Source of the DNA: Sphaeroforma arctica JP610
Lineage: Eukaryota
Direction: 5' to 3'
NCBI RefSeq assembly: GCF_001186125.1
Contig: NW_014040296.1
Coordinates: 8,377 to 42,735, forward strand
Length of the DNA stretch: 34,359 bases
In this document: piece by piece, positions 11,458-21,735 of the stretch
How positions within the stretch are numbered: the first letter of the stretch is position 1
Layout of the letters: each line of letters begins with the position of its first letter
Notes under the pieces: generated by a model
What the model saw: only the letters and a program-made list of their open reading frames with translations
The model's database searches: none
Told to the model about the DNA's origin: nothing
Made by a program: the position numbers and the translations under genes

Positions 11458-14400
11458 TAATATTGCTTAGAACTTCAATTCGTGTGCCTGTTAAACTTTC
11501 CAATTGCTTACAATACATACCCCCTCTCTTCATTTACACTTATTTTCATAATTAGGGTATTGTGGCAACCGAATTGGTTACCTTAACCCCTTCAAATCTG
11601 TCCAGTTACTCATAACACATTTGCACTCATTTTATTCTACCAGGGTATTGTGGCAGATGACGGTCTAGGATACTTGAACTCAAACTTCCTCATCGCACAA
11701 TTCATCTCCGGGTGGCAGCCACTTTTCCAGGTTGGACTCTACATCGCTGCTATCACATCCATTCTTGGAGTGTTTGTCCAAGCACCTCGTGTTATGCAAG
11801 GTAAGAGATCATATATATATATATATATATACCATTTCCATTTATATATACACATATATATTGTTATTCTATACGATTTTAAGTGTTGTTGTCTATATAT
11901 ATATATATGATTTATGTGTACGTGCGTGTGTGTATTGTCATGTAATATAAAGTAATATGTCATTTCATGACACGTAACGTATGTGTATATAAGAGTTTAA
12001 CTTATCTCTATTTCTTCCAACTCTTAATCTTGTAGGTAATGGACAGGACTCATTTCTTGGACCATACATACTGACCCTTGCAACATGTATCTATTCTCTG
12101 TACCTCTATCCTTGTAGGTATTGGAGAAGACTGCCAAGTACCCGGTATTCAACAGTTGGGTGTGGGTTTCGGCAAATCCGAAATTCCACTGCGCGCGACG
12201 TTCTTCACTGGAACTGTCACGTGCTGTAAGTGGTTGGTGGATGTTTAGGGTTTTATGTCCAGAATATGTAGATCACGATAAATGTTAGAAGTTGGGTATT
12301 GGGATATGCGTATTGATTATTATACGTGCATAGTCGATTAGACGTTTAGTGCTGGTATTTCTTTGTGATCCGTGTTGCTATTCTTGGTAATACATTGTGA
12401 TCCGTGTTGTTGTTCGTCTGTGTGTATAGTTTCTTGATAATCATACGTATACAATTCTGATATTACTCTGTTGGTAGTTTCCATGCGCTAGCTTGTGCAT
12501 AGAGTTCGGCATATCATTCGATTGTGCCTCTAAAGTGCACTGGAAATCTCATGTATTCTGTCGTGACACCAGTCTTCATCCTCGGCCGTGCAAGTCCTAT
12601 TCTTCAGATACTACCACCATTTTCACTGGGCATTGTAGTTCTTGAATTTAACTCTGTGGTCCTGGCTATCCTGAACGAGTGTCTGCCCTTGTAATGCGCA
12701 GCCTATGTTTTATCATCCACTCTTTTAGTCCTTAAGGCCCTGAATGTTCAAATCATTGTATCCTATGACCAGGCTTTGTGATTCTAGGTAATCTGAAGTA
12801 ATCAGTTAAATACCATTATGATGCGCATCCGGTGCGTATCGCATGCCTCTTGTCATTATATTTTTCACACTATATTAAATAGCCGGATCTGTATAGCCAG
12901 GCTTTGTGGTTCTGGGTAGTCTGAACGAGGTACCTCTACTAATATATCGGTCCTCCTTTTGTTTGTCATATGCGAGTGTCAATTGCCCTGGCGCCCCTAT
13001 ATCAATCTGGCCCACTCTACCCTCTCAGATATATACACCTGCACCTAATCTGGTCTTCGCAGCCCTTTTTATATTGCTACGTCCCCATTCAGGCCTTTTT
13101 TTCCCTTTTTTTTTTAAACATCCCTACTCAGGCTTTGTGATTCTTGGTAACCTGAACGAGGTCGCTACCATCATGACGTGCATCCTGTGCTTGTCTTATG
13201 CCGCGGTCAACTACGCTTACTTCGCCTTGGCTACTGGTGGTCTGAGAGAAGAGGCACGCATGAAGCAACTCAAGGCGTACGGCCAACAGACTATGAACGT
13301 CGACACGCGCACTATGCAGGTATACACACACATGCATATATATCATGTAGGCACCTATTCAAGGTGGTAGTATATGTATTTCGGTACATTCTTCTCTGTG
13401 TGAGTGCCGGTGAGCATGTTTCTAGACTATGTAGATGTATGCACATATGCATACGTACCATATACGCCTGTATCTGTTCCAAGTGATAGCATATTCGGGT
13501 ACATTCTTCTCTGTGTGAGGCAAACGTCTACTGATCCTTTTCCCCTATGCCCTTATTTTAGATGACATCGTTAGTACACATAATATCCTTGAAATATTCC
13601 TAGTTCAAATAATAATACTAATCCTTCTGCCTTATGCTCTTATTGCAGATGATATAATACAAATAGTCTTCTTGATGCAAATAATACTTTTCACCGAGAT
13701 GTACGTCCACTTCACAGGGCTGTGCCGTTGAGATCGTAACTACCTAACGAATACTTCTCTCATGTACAAGCAATACGTACTGAATATACCATGTGCATTA
13801 CATGCATCTGCACCGACATGCACACACAACCATCTTATAAAGTACTTCTCGTATACACCCTATGCACTTCCTCAGTCCTACATACACATCCACCTTACTA
13901 ATATTCTCTCTCATACACGCAGGTGGTACAAAACATGGCCCAGCCAGTGGAACAGGACTTCCGCAAACCGCCGCAATGGGTCATGCGCTTCACCAACCGA
14001 TGGGTGTCGCTGCTGAATTGTCTGTTGCACTTTGTGCTCATGTTCTTCATCCAGTATGTCAATCATAGTATACTCGTTTTCTACCCGTGTTCTTTGTCCA
14101 GTTTTATTCATTATATTTATCTCAAAATACGTAGCGTTTGAAACAGATATTCATGTTTTTTATCCAATTGATATGCCCATCATATTGTACACAGCATTTG
14201 AAACATATATATTTAACTGATATGTTCATTTTCTACTCATGTTCTTTATCCAATATGTCTACCGTAGTATACGTAGCATTTGAAACATATATAGTTATAT
14301 TGTTATCCAGGGGCTATGTCTATTGTACTGTTCGTAGCATTTAGAGCAAATATATTTATGTGATATTTACATTTTCTACTTATCTTTGTTTAGTATTTTT

Positions 14401-16870
14401 ACGCCTATCATAGTATACATAGCATTTGAAACATACATTTACGTGACAATTACATTTTATACTCATCTTCTTTATCCATTACGTCAATGTCTATCATAGT
14501 ATACATAATATTTAAAACACATCTATTCACGTGTTAGTATCATCTTCTACTCATGTTGTTTTTTATCAGTATGTCTATGTCCATCATAATATACATAGCA
14601 TCTGAAACGTATCTATCTACGTGTTAATTTAATCTTCTACTCATATTGTACTTTACCCAGTATGTCTGTCGATCATAGTATACATAGCATTTGAAGCATA
14701 TATTTATGTAATAATTTGCATTTGCGTTCATGTTCTTTATCTATTTTATGTCTTTGTTTGAATGTGTAAAACATCATTACCATATGCTTAAGCATGTGGA
14801 TCCCATTCTATGAATGTGTTTTATTGTTGTCATGCTTGTTTTCGAGTTGGTTCTATGCAGAATATTCTACCTTTACATCAGAACTACTCAACAATAAGAA
14901 CATAGCCGTATTCGTTATTTTATAAATGTACACCTACTCGTGTATCTCGCAGTATTTCTGGAGACCTCATACCAAATTCGTATCTCTTGATGATGGTCAC
15001 AGTCTTGTACTGCTGGCGATGTGCATGTATTTGTACTTGTGCATTAAAATACATAGTTCAAAACCTATTCCTTTCATATATACGAGTACTTACATACATG
15101 CGTATCTCATTATCAAGGTATTGACCTCCTATTTTTGTCTCTCTCATCAGATGGTGGCTAGGTCTTGTGCTGCTGGTGATGTGTATATTCTTCTACTTGT
15201 ACATCGGAATCCTTAATAAGGGCAACAATCGACTGGGAGACGCCGACTTCAGCTTCCGAGAGTGGCTTAACCCTTTGCACCACCCCTCTCGAAAGGGCCA
15301 GAACCAGAGACGGCAGGTGCGTGCACGACTTGCGTAAGCAAGCAACAAAATGGCGTTATGTATATACCTGTATATGTACTTATGTATGTATATGTGTGTG
15401 TATATATATATATATATATCATATGTGTGTTACGTATATGAGAGAGAGATTGTGTGTGTACACAGTAGTATACACGTTAATTACTGTGGATATACACAAG
15501 TGCTCTACAACAGAGTTATGTTTGGTTACATGCGTGTATATATGTGTATGTGATTGACTTCTTATGATGCTTCATCTAAAACATACACGGAGGTCGCATT
15601 TATCGGCATGTACAAAAATGATGTGCGAAGCCAATATTTATTTTCTTTGCTTAGTGGTATCCATACAATACCCTTGTACCTCAACTCGGGTTTAAACCAC
15701 AACTAAGTAATTCATTGGAACGCCACTTGTATTTTGGTTTCGAAATTGTGTGTATGCGTGTATTTATCAAATCGTATATTTTGTTAGATGTCCCGAAATT
15801 CATAAAGGCTTATCGATCGATCTATACACAATCTGAATGTCACTCTTGTCAACGTTCAACAAAGAATTATCTAAACCTGCATGCATGCCCTGTAACTTTG
15901 CATTCTCATATGAATTCCTTCACCATACCACACCCCACCCAAAGGTGAGGTGAGGGTCTCCCGTGGACGATACTTCAAAATTAGGAAGACTGTGCTAGTT
16001 ATGGACTAGCCTAGCCTATACCCCTAAACCACAGAGTTATCCCATGAATCACCTCGTTGCCTATACGACTGTTCCGGGTGGCATCCTGTTTGTTCGACTG
16101 TCTCGTACAAAATTCATGAACGCTTGCGCATCATTCGTGAAAAATAATGCCACCTTACCGCAGGCCGCATTCAACAAAGATTGGCCGTTCTTTTTATCAC
16201 ATAGCAACTCTCTCGTCCGTTATATATATATCCTCATTCCCCTTTTCCTTTCTTGTAAGTACAGTTCTCCGTATAGTCTCTTAGCTAGCTCTTCTCATTT
16301 GTCCGTATTTAATTCCCATCTGTTGCTATAGGCGGGTGCCGGGCCCACAGTACAGGATGTGCCTGCTGCCTTTGGCGATCAAACTCAGGGAATGCCTTCT
16401 TCAGACGACAACAGAAGTAAGTGAATACTTTGTTTGTTTTATTTTCACTCATATCCCGATTCGATGTCTACCTCATAGTCCAGTGGATATACATGCATTG
16501 TCTTCGCACTCTCATACACGTGTATTTCTTCGTTTTAAATATTATTCCTATCACTTCTTCGGTTGTGATTCCGAAAGACTTGTGCAGTCCAGAAAAAAAA
16601 CTCATTTGTAGTCAGCGCTTTTGGGTTCATTCACGTATATGTGCGTGTAAACCTAGTATTTTTCATAGCCGTCAGTATTGTACTTCTATGGATTCAATTT
16701 TGATGTAGCTATAACTTGCACACGCGCATTTGGTTTATCACTGCGTCCGACGAAAACTGCCTGTCAAGTTCTTTGACTCAGTGCTGTACCCCTAAATTTA
16801 TTACTACTCAGATGCCGCAGCTGATGTCTACCCTGCTGAAGAGTATACACCAGCTTCTGCCCAGCTGTAA
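7803..16870 (+). CDS. SLC12A8: SLC12A8/CCC9-like solute carrier (cation-chloride cotransporter family, APC superfamily), 11 exons, ~630 aa
   Basis: Exons: 7803-7903, 9164-9546, 9669-9946, 10717-10953, 11644-11800, 12118-12225, 13132-13319, 13923-14053, 15151-15316, 16332-16416, 16812-16870. All introns are GT-AG, phases join, and the total is 1893 nt = 630 aa + stop. Motifs include [85 protein letters not shown] and [16 protein letters not shown] and the absence of the large CCC C-terminal domain are typical of SLC12A8. Confidence 0.88.
9164..9546 (+). CDS. SLC12A8-like exon 2 (TM1-2)
   Basis: CAG acceptor at 9161-9163. Encodes FGTWDGVF...LRMG. Donor GTATGT at 9547. Confidence 0.9.
9669..9946 (+). 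CDS. SLC12A8-like exon 3
   Basis: ctcactcag acceptor. Encodes GGTIGVIYTLG...GFAE...KLQFIFLVIL. Donor GTGAGT at 9947. Confidence 0.9.
10580..10616. repeat. Telomere-like inverted repeat (hairpin)
   Basis: Perfect 24-bp palindrome TTAGGGTTTTAG|CTAAAACCCTAA at 10586-10609, extended by further TTAGGG/CCCTAA units. Confidence 0.8.
10717..10953 (+). CDS. SLC12A8-like exon 4
   Basis: gtgcag acceptor. Encodes [13 protein letters not shown]. Donor GTATGT at 10954. Confidence 0.9.
11644..11800 (+). CDS. SLC12A8-like exon 5
   Basis: ctaccag acceptor. Encodes VGLYIAAITSILG...APRVMQ. Donor GTAAGA at 11801. Confidence 0.88.
12118..12225 (+). CDS. SLC12A8-like exon 6 (GIGEDCQVPGIQQLGVGFGKSEIPLRATFFTGTVTC)
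   Basis: cttgtag acceptor and GTAAGT donor at 12226; phase 1-1. Matches the CCC LGxGxGxxxEPxxA loop. Confidence 0.85.
13132..13319 (+). CDS. SLC12A8-like exon 7
   Basis: tactcag acceptor. Encodes [30 protein letters not shown]. Donor GTATAC at 13320. Confidence 0.85.
13923..14053 (+). CDS. SLC12A8-like exon 8
   Basis: acgcag acceptor. Encodes FTNRWVSLL...MFFIQ. Donor GTATGT at 14054. Confidence 0.85.
14035..14750 (+). repeat. Degenerate tandem array (~8 units, ~60-90 bp) derived from the exon 8/intron 8 junction
   Basis: Recurring ctcatgttctttatccagtatgtc..atcatagtatacatagcatttgaaaca. The gcatttgaaaca-like marker occurs near 14134, 14194, 14277, 14337, 14422, 14509, 14598 and 14687. Confidence 0.85.
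15151..15316 (+). CDS. SLC12A8-like exon 9 (WWLGLVLLVMCIFFYLYIG...FSFREWL)
   Basis: ctcatcag acceptor with a phase 2 join (CA|A). Donor GTGCGT at 15317. Encodes the last TM helix. Confidence 0.85.
16332..16416 (+). CDS. SLC12A8-like exon 10 (cytoplasmic tail)
   Basis: ctatag acceptor, GC-rich open frame AGAGPTVQDVPAAFGDQ..., and GTAAGT donor at 16417. Confidence 0.7.
16812..16870 (+). CDS. SLC12A8-like exon 11 (terminal)
   Basis: tactcag acceptor. A phase 1 join gives NAAADVYPAEEYTPASAQL*. Confidence 0.65.
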
Positions 16871-16935
16871 TTGTTATTAAATCTCAAGAATCATCTCAAA
16901 AAGAATCTCACACTCATTAACACCTCCTGGAATCC

Positions 16936-16941
16936 AATAAA
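16936..16941 (+). terminator. Putative polyadenylation signal of the SLC12A8-like gene
   Basis: AATAAA about 65 nt after the predicted stop codon. Confidence 0.45.
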
Positions 16942-18724
16942 AATATTTACATTCATATTCAATTTGGACTATGACGTGCAACATTTAGATATGGTATATA
17001 TATATAATGTATATATATATTCAGACAAATATGTACATACATATATATTGAGACATAAAAATATTTATATGTTTATATATNNNNNNNNNNNNNNNNNNNN
17101 NNNNNNNNNNNNNNNNNNNNNNNNNNNNNNNNNNNNNNNNNNNNNNNNNNNNNNNNNNNNNNNNNNNNNNNNNNNNNNNNNNNNNNNNNNNNNNNNNNNN
17201 NNNNNNNNNNNNNNNNNNNNNNNNNNNNNNNNNNNNNNNNNNNNNNNNNNNNNNNNNNNNNNNNNNNNNNNNNNNNNNNNNNNNNNNNNNNNNNNNNNNN
17301 NNNNNNNNNNNNNNNNNNNNNNNNNNNNNNNNNNNNNNNNNNNNNNNNNNNNNNNNNNNNNNNNNNNNNNNNNNNNNNNNNNNNNNNNNNNNNNNNNNNN
17401 NNNNNNNNNNNNNNNNNNNNNNNNNNNNNNNNNNNNNNNNNNNNNNNNNNNNNNNNNNNNNNNNNNNNNNNNNNNNNNNNNNNNNNNNNNNNNNNNNNNN
17501 NNNNNNNNNNNNNNNNNNNNNNNNNNNNNNNNNNNNNNNNNNNNNNNNNNNNNNNNNNNNNNNNNNNNNNNNNNNNNNNNNNNNNNNNNTATGTATGTAT
17601 GTATATATACATATACACATCGTGATCGGCCTTAGGACTTAGGAGTAGAATTTTATGGTTATGTAAAAATTATCAAATGTTATGAACCAAAATATTCACA
17701 CTGTCACATTATCAAATATATATGTGGGCCCAGAAATCAATACTCACTGCTACCAACTTCATATAATCTACTATTAACAGGATTGTGTGAACTGGCGCTT
17801 AATTTCCGATCTCACAATAGTAGATACAAGTTGGTTAAGCTAGTTAGTATAGGGGCACAGGTTGGTGTCGTGAGTATGGGTAAGCAGTACAAACTGCATA
17901 TTGCATTGCAACAGCGGTGCGGGCTTTTTGTGTACAGATGCTTACATGGATATAATTAATGGCACCTCCGGTGTTTGCGGGTTTAGGAGATGAAACCTAG
18001 AAGGCCAAGAAGCAAGTGCGGCGTTTGTAGGCAGAACCGCAGCTAAACAGCAGAAGTCAGCATAGCAGACTCCTTGGGAGACTAGATGTCATGGTAGGCT
18101 TATGGGCGATGGCCACCTGGGACGACGGTCAACGGATACGCCTGTAGTAAGTCAAGTGCCACTCCACGGTGGCAAGTTTTTGACCGGTTGTTACAGGCAA
18201 ACATCAATATTAGAAATTTTCCAGCTGAAAGCGATGGCGATCAGCAGGTGTGGGCAGGAAGGGCGAGTGTGCCCAAACTCAGCTAGATGATACTCCATGC
18301 TAAGAACTTTTTTTTTGCGTGCGGAGACCCTGCATTGGTAGACAGAGGAGTGGATGAGGATACCGACGACAACATAGCCAGGCCGCTCGGTTTAGTCCCT
18401 GAATTGTTGAAGAAAGCAGCGGGCGGATATCAGGAAAGGTGCCTCGAGCGCGTATCCTGGCTTGCACCTGATTCATCAGGTGCGTGTAGTGATGACAATG
18501 CGAGCATCACCGCCGCCATTTAGAGCAAGCCTAGGGCGCAACCTCCGGACTCGTCTGAGGATGAAGACGAGTACATGTCACCAGCCTGTACCTATGGCTT
18601 GAGCAGGCCCAGGGCGTGTAACAAGTGACCTTATCCTGCCCGGCGAGCGCCGCGAACAACACTGGGAGGCACACTTGGGCCACCCACGCCGGAGATTCGT
18701 CCCAGCTCTGCAAGTTTTACCGCA

Positions 18725-19560
18725 GCTGCCAGCTTCGCAGGTGAGTACCCCAAGAGAGGGTCAACCGCAGCTAACCCACAGGTCGTGCAGGGAAGACGCT
18801 AGTCCTTCATGCAGCAACCTCCCACCAATTCTGTTGGTGTATACCCCAAGTGGGTCACCCTTATAAACTGATGAAAACACAGGGGGGCGTGATGGGCGTA
18901 TCACATCGTCAACGCAGGTGTTGGCCTCGGGAAGTCACCGAGTGCCTTACCTTTTCCCAGCTTCGCAGGTACGTACCCCAAGAGAGGGTCAACCGCAGCT
19001 AACCCACAGGTCGCGCAGGAGAGGCTCAAGCCGTCCATACAGCAACCTCTGACCAGTTCTATTGGTGTATACCCCAAGTGAGCCACACTCAACTGATGAA
19101 AAGACGGGGTGTCGCGCGGGAGACGCTCAAGCCGTTTATGCAGCAACCTTCGTCCAGTTCTGTTGGTGTATACCCCAAGTGGGCCACCCTTAGCTGATGA
19201 AAAGAGGGGGGTGCATGATGGGCGTACCACAGCGTCAATGCAGGTGTCAGTCTCGGGACCTAAGTCACTGAGCGCCTTACTTCCTCCCAGCTTCGCAGGT
19301 TTTACCGTAGCTGACAGCTTTGCAGGTACGCAACCCAAAAAAAATAGTCAACCACAGCTAACCCAAAGGTCACGCAAAAGAGACTCAAGTCCTTCATGTA
19401 GCAACCACCGACCAATTATGTTGGTGTATACCCTAAGTGTGCCACCCTTAACAGATGAAAAGATGCAGGCGCGCGATGAGCGTATCGCAGCGTCAACGCA
19501 GGTGTTGGCCTCGGGACTTAAATCACCGAGCGCCTCCCCTTTTCCCAGCTCCGCTGGTAC
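18725..19560. repeat. GC-rich ~230-bp tandem repeat (about 4 complete or partial units)
   Basis: cagcttcgcagg...gtcaaccgcagctaacccacaggtc at ~18730, ~18958 and ~19316. ttggtgtatacccc/taagtg at ~18834, 19062, 19162 and 19421. Confidence 0.85.
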
Positions 19561-20249
19561 TGGCACCAAAGGGTGCACAACCGCAGCTGAGGCTCAGGAT
19601 CTTTGCGATGTGCTTTCTATCGAGCAGCAAAGCGGCGGTATCCATAGAGACCGGCGGGCGAATAGCATAAGTGATGCCTTAAGTGCGTATCTTAGCTTGC
19701 ACCCTGATTCATCAGATGCCTGCAAGGATGGCAATGCGAAATTCAAGTCCACTACCTCGAGCAGGTCTAGAGCGCACAACGTGCTACCTATCCTGCTTAA
19801 TGATTAAGACGAGAGGTAGTCGTTGACAAGTAACTGACCCTGACAGTAGTGCAGAGCCTTTGCGCAGGCCTAGATCACATAATAAGCAGCCTTATTCTGC
19901 AAGTGAAGCATGCTCTTTATGTTTTATTCACAATGTCTACGCAGGTGGTGAATGGCAGACTGATGCCTACCATGGCAAACCCTCAGACCAGCTCTTTAGG
20001 TAGGGTACCCGTAAGTGGGGGTAGCTCGACTGATGAAAAGGACGGGGGGTCACGATTCAACTATACAACTTCCGAAGCTTTCCCGGACATTCTCCGCACC
20101 TGCATGCATGTATACGTTATGCGTTGCACCAACCACGTTGCTGACCTTCGGCCACAACAACTGAACACCCCGGAGGGTGTATAGAAAGCCTCCTCGTTTC
20201 GCGCCAACAGCGCCGCATTGGCCTGCCGACGCTTCTCCCTACGACGCCT

Positions 20250-21735
20250 ACACTCCCGCCCAAAATTTATCCGGGAGATGTATCCATTTGGCGTACGAGA
20301 TACGACAAAGCAGAGTAGACCCCCACGAAGGCTCATTCATTTCTTCATGACTATGCCAAAGAAACACGCCCTTCGGTGGCAAATAACTATCGGTTCCCTC
20401 GCCAGCATTTTGATCATGACGCCTCACCACTCCGCTTTGGCATGTAGGGGCACATCAAGATGATCTCCAGTTGCTCGGCGATCACCTTTGCCGACCCTCT
20501 GGGAAACAGCACCCATGGCGCGTTGGCCCAAATGTTCAAACCCACCCAGGATTCCGCCAAGACACCCCAATCAGTCGATGGGGAGAAATGCCTTTGCAAC
20601 TCACGGTTATGGGGGCCCCATGCCCGCTCGGCCTTTTCACGAACTTTGCCGCCTTATACTCATTGGTCCTGGACTTAGCGTCGCGCGCAACAGAATATCG
20701 CCAGGTGACCCGTCGCTTAAGGTTCAACCCCTGGCCTCCCACCTGCTCCATGATGGGTTCTACCTTCACAGACTACAGCCCATAACAAAATTTACAGATT
20801 AAAGTATAAGGTGTATAATACCTCCACACTATCTTAGACAGTAAAACAGATTGTAGGTTCAATCCCATAAGACAGCCCTTCGGTGCAAAGTCTATCCTCC
20901 CGCTCTTGTTAGATGGAGGACCCTCCACCATCTAAGGTCCCCCCCGGGGACCCCCCCCCCCGGGACCCTAACACTCCTACACATCTCTTTTCAACGCCCT
21001 TGCCGATGACCCCTAGGGTCCGTCGCAAACTCGTCCCTGTGCCACATAGAGAGCAAAGCCTCATGGTCCGAGAACAGTGTCGCCGGGTGTTGCGAGCGCT
21101 CCTGCATGAGCCACAGACCTGTGCCAGCCACTACCTATCGGTAACATGGTAGTTCCGTTGGGCAGGGGCGACCTTGGAGGAAATATAGGCTACAGGCCAC
21201 AGCTTGCCATCCCGGACCACAATAGAGGGGTCCACAACTGCTGCTGCCGCTAGCTCCTTCAAGAGCGCTTCAGTGCGGTTCAATTTGCGTCGAGATTGAG
21301 AGAATCCAACCACTAGTTGTCGAGTTATGGCGTCCTCAACTTCGGCCCCAAGATTTGAGCTGGATGGAATGGCTTCTCCATCGATGGCGAAACCGAAATT
21401 TTCGGACAGGTCCAATACTTCCTTTTCACTCCGGATTTGTGCTGGAGTGTCCTTTAGATGTGGAGTTATAATGTCCCCGACATTCGTATCCACGAATTTT
21501 CCAGCCTTTCGACGTTTATCCCCAATATTTGACGGCACGTGGTCAGGGGGCAAGCTGGGGTCCTGAGCTTCACTCCCAGGTGATACACGGACGCTGGCGA
21601 GCCTTTCCGCGGCAGTAGATACCTCTTCTTCCAAGACTTTAGGATCCGACGAGTCATCCTCAGAATTATCCTCTGTACCAACCTCAGAATTGGCTTCCCC
21701 ATCAGTTTCCTCGGCAGGCTCAACTCCAGACAGCC
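20250..21735 (-). mobile_element. Degenerate Ty3/Gypsy LTR-retrotransposon pol remnant (RNase H followed by integrase)
   Basis: WPVAYISSKVAPAQRNYHVTDR (~21131-21200) matches the RNase H PVAYxSRKLxxAERNY motif, followed by LFSDHEALL (like TDHxAL). Downstream are FVKR..HGAP and HFS..DW..LAESW (~20540-20650) and TPNGY...NFGRE (~20255-20300), resembling the integrase core and its C-terminus. RH-before-INT order indicates the Gypsy type. Stops and frameshifts are present. Confidence 0.7.

Noticed and set aside
15941..15955. aagGTGAGgtgagg as a possible micro-exon in intron 9
   Set aside because: A 5-nt exon would break the otherwise consistent exon 9-10 frame, and I found no compensating exon.
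16871..17635. Long ORFs spanning the N gap
   Set aside because: Artefacts of translating Ns and TA microsatellites.
17640..18000. Possible 3' LTR of the Gypsy remnant
   Set aside because: No second LTR copy, clear polypurine tract or TG...CA boundary could be identified.
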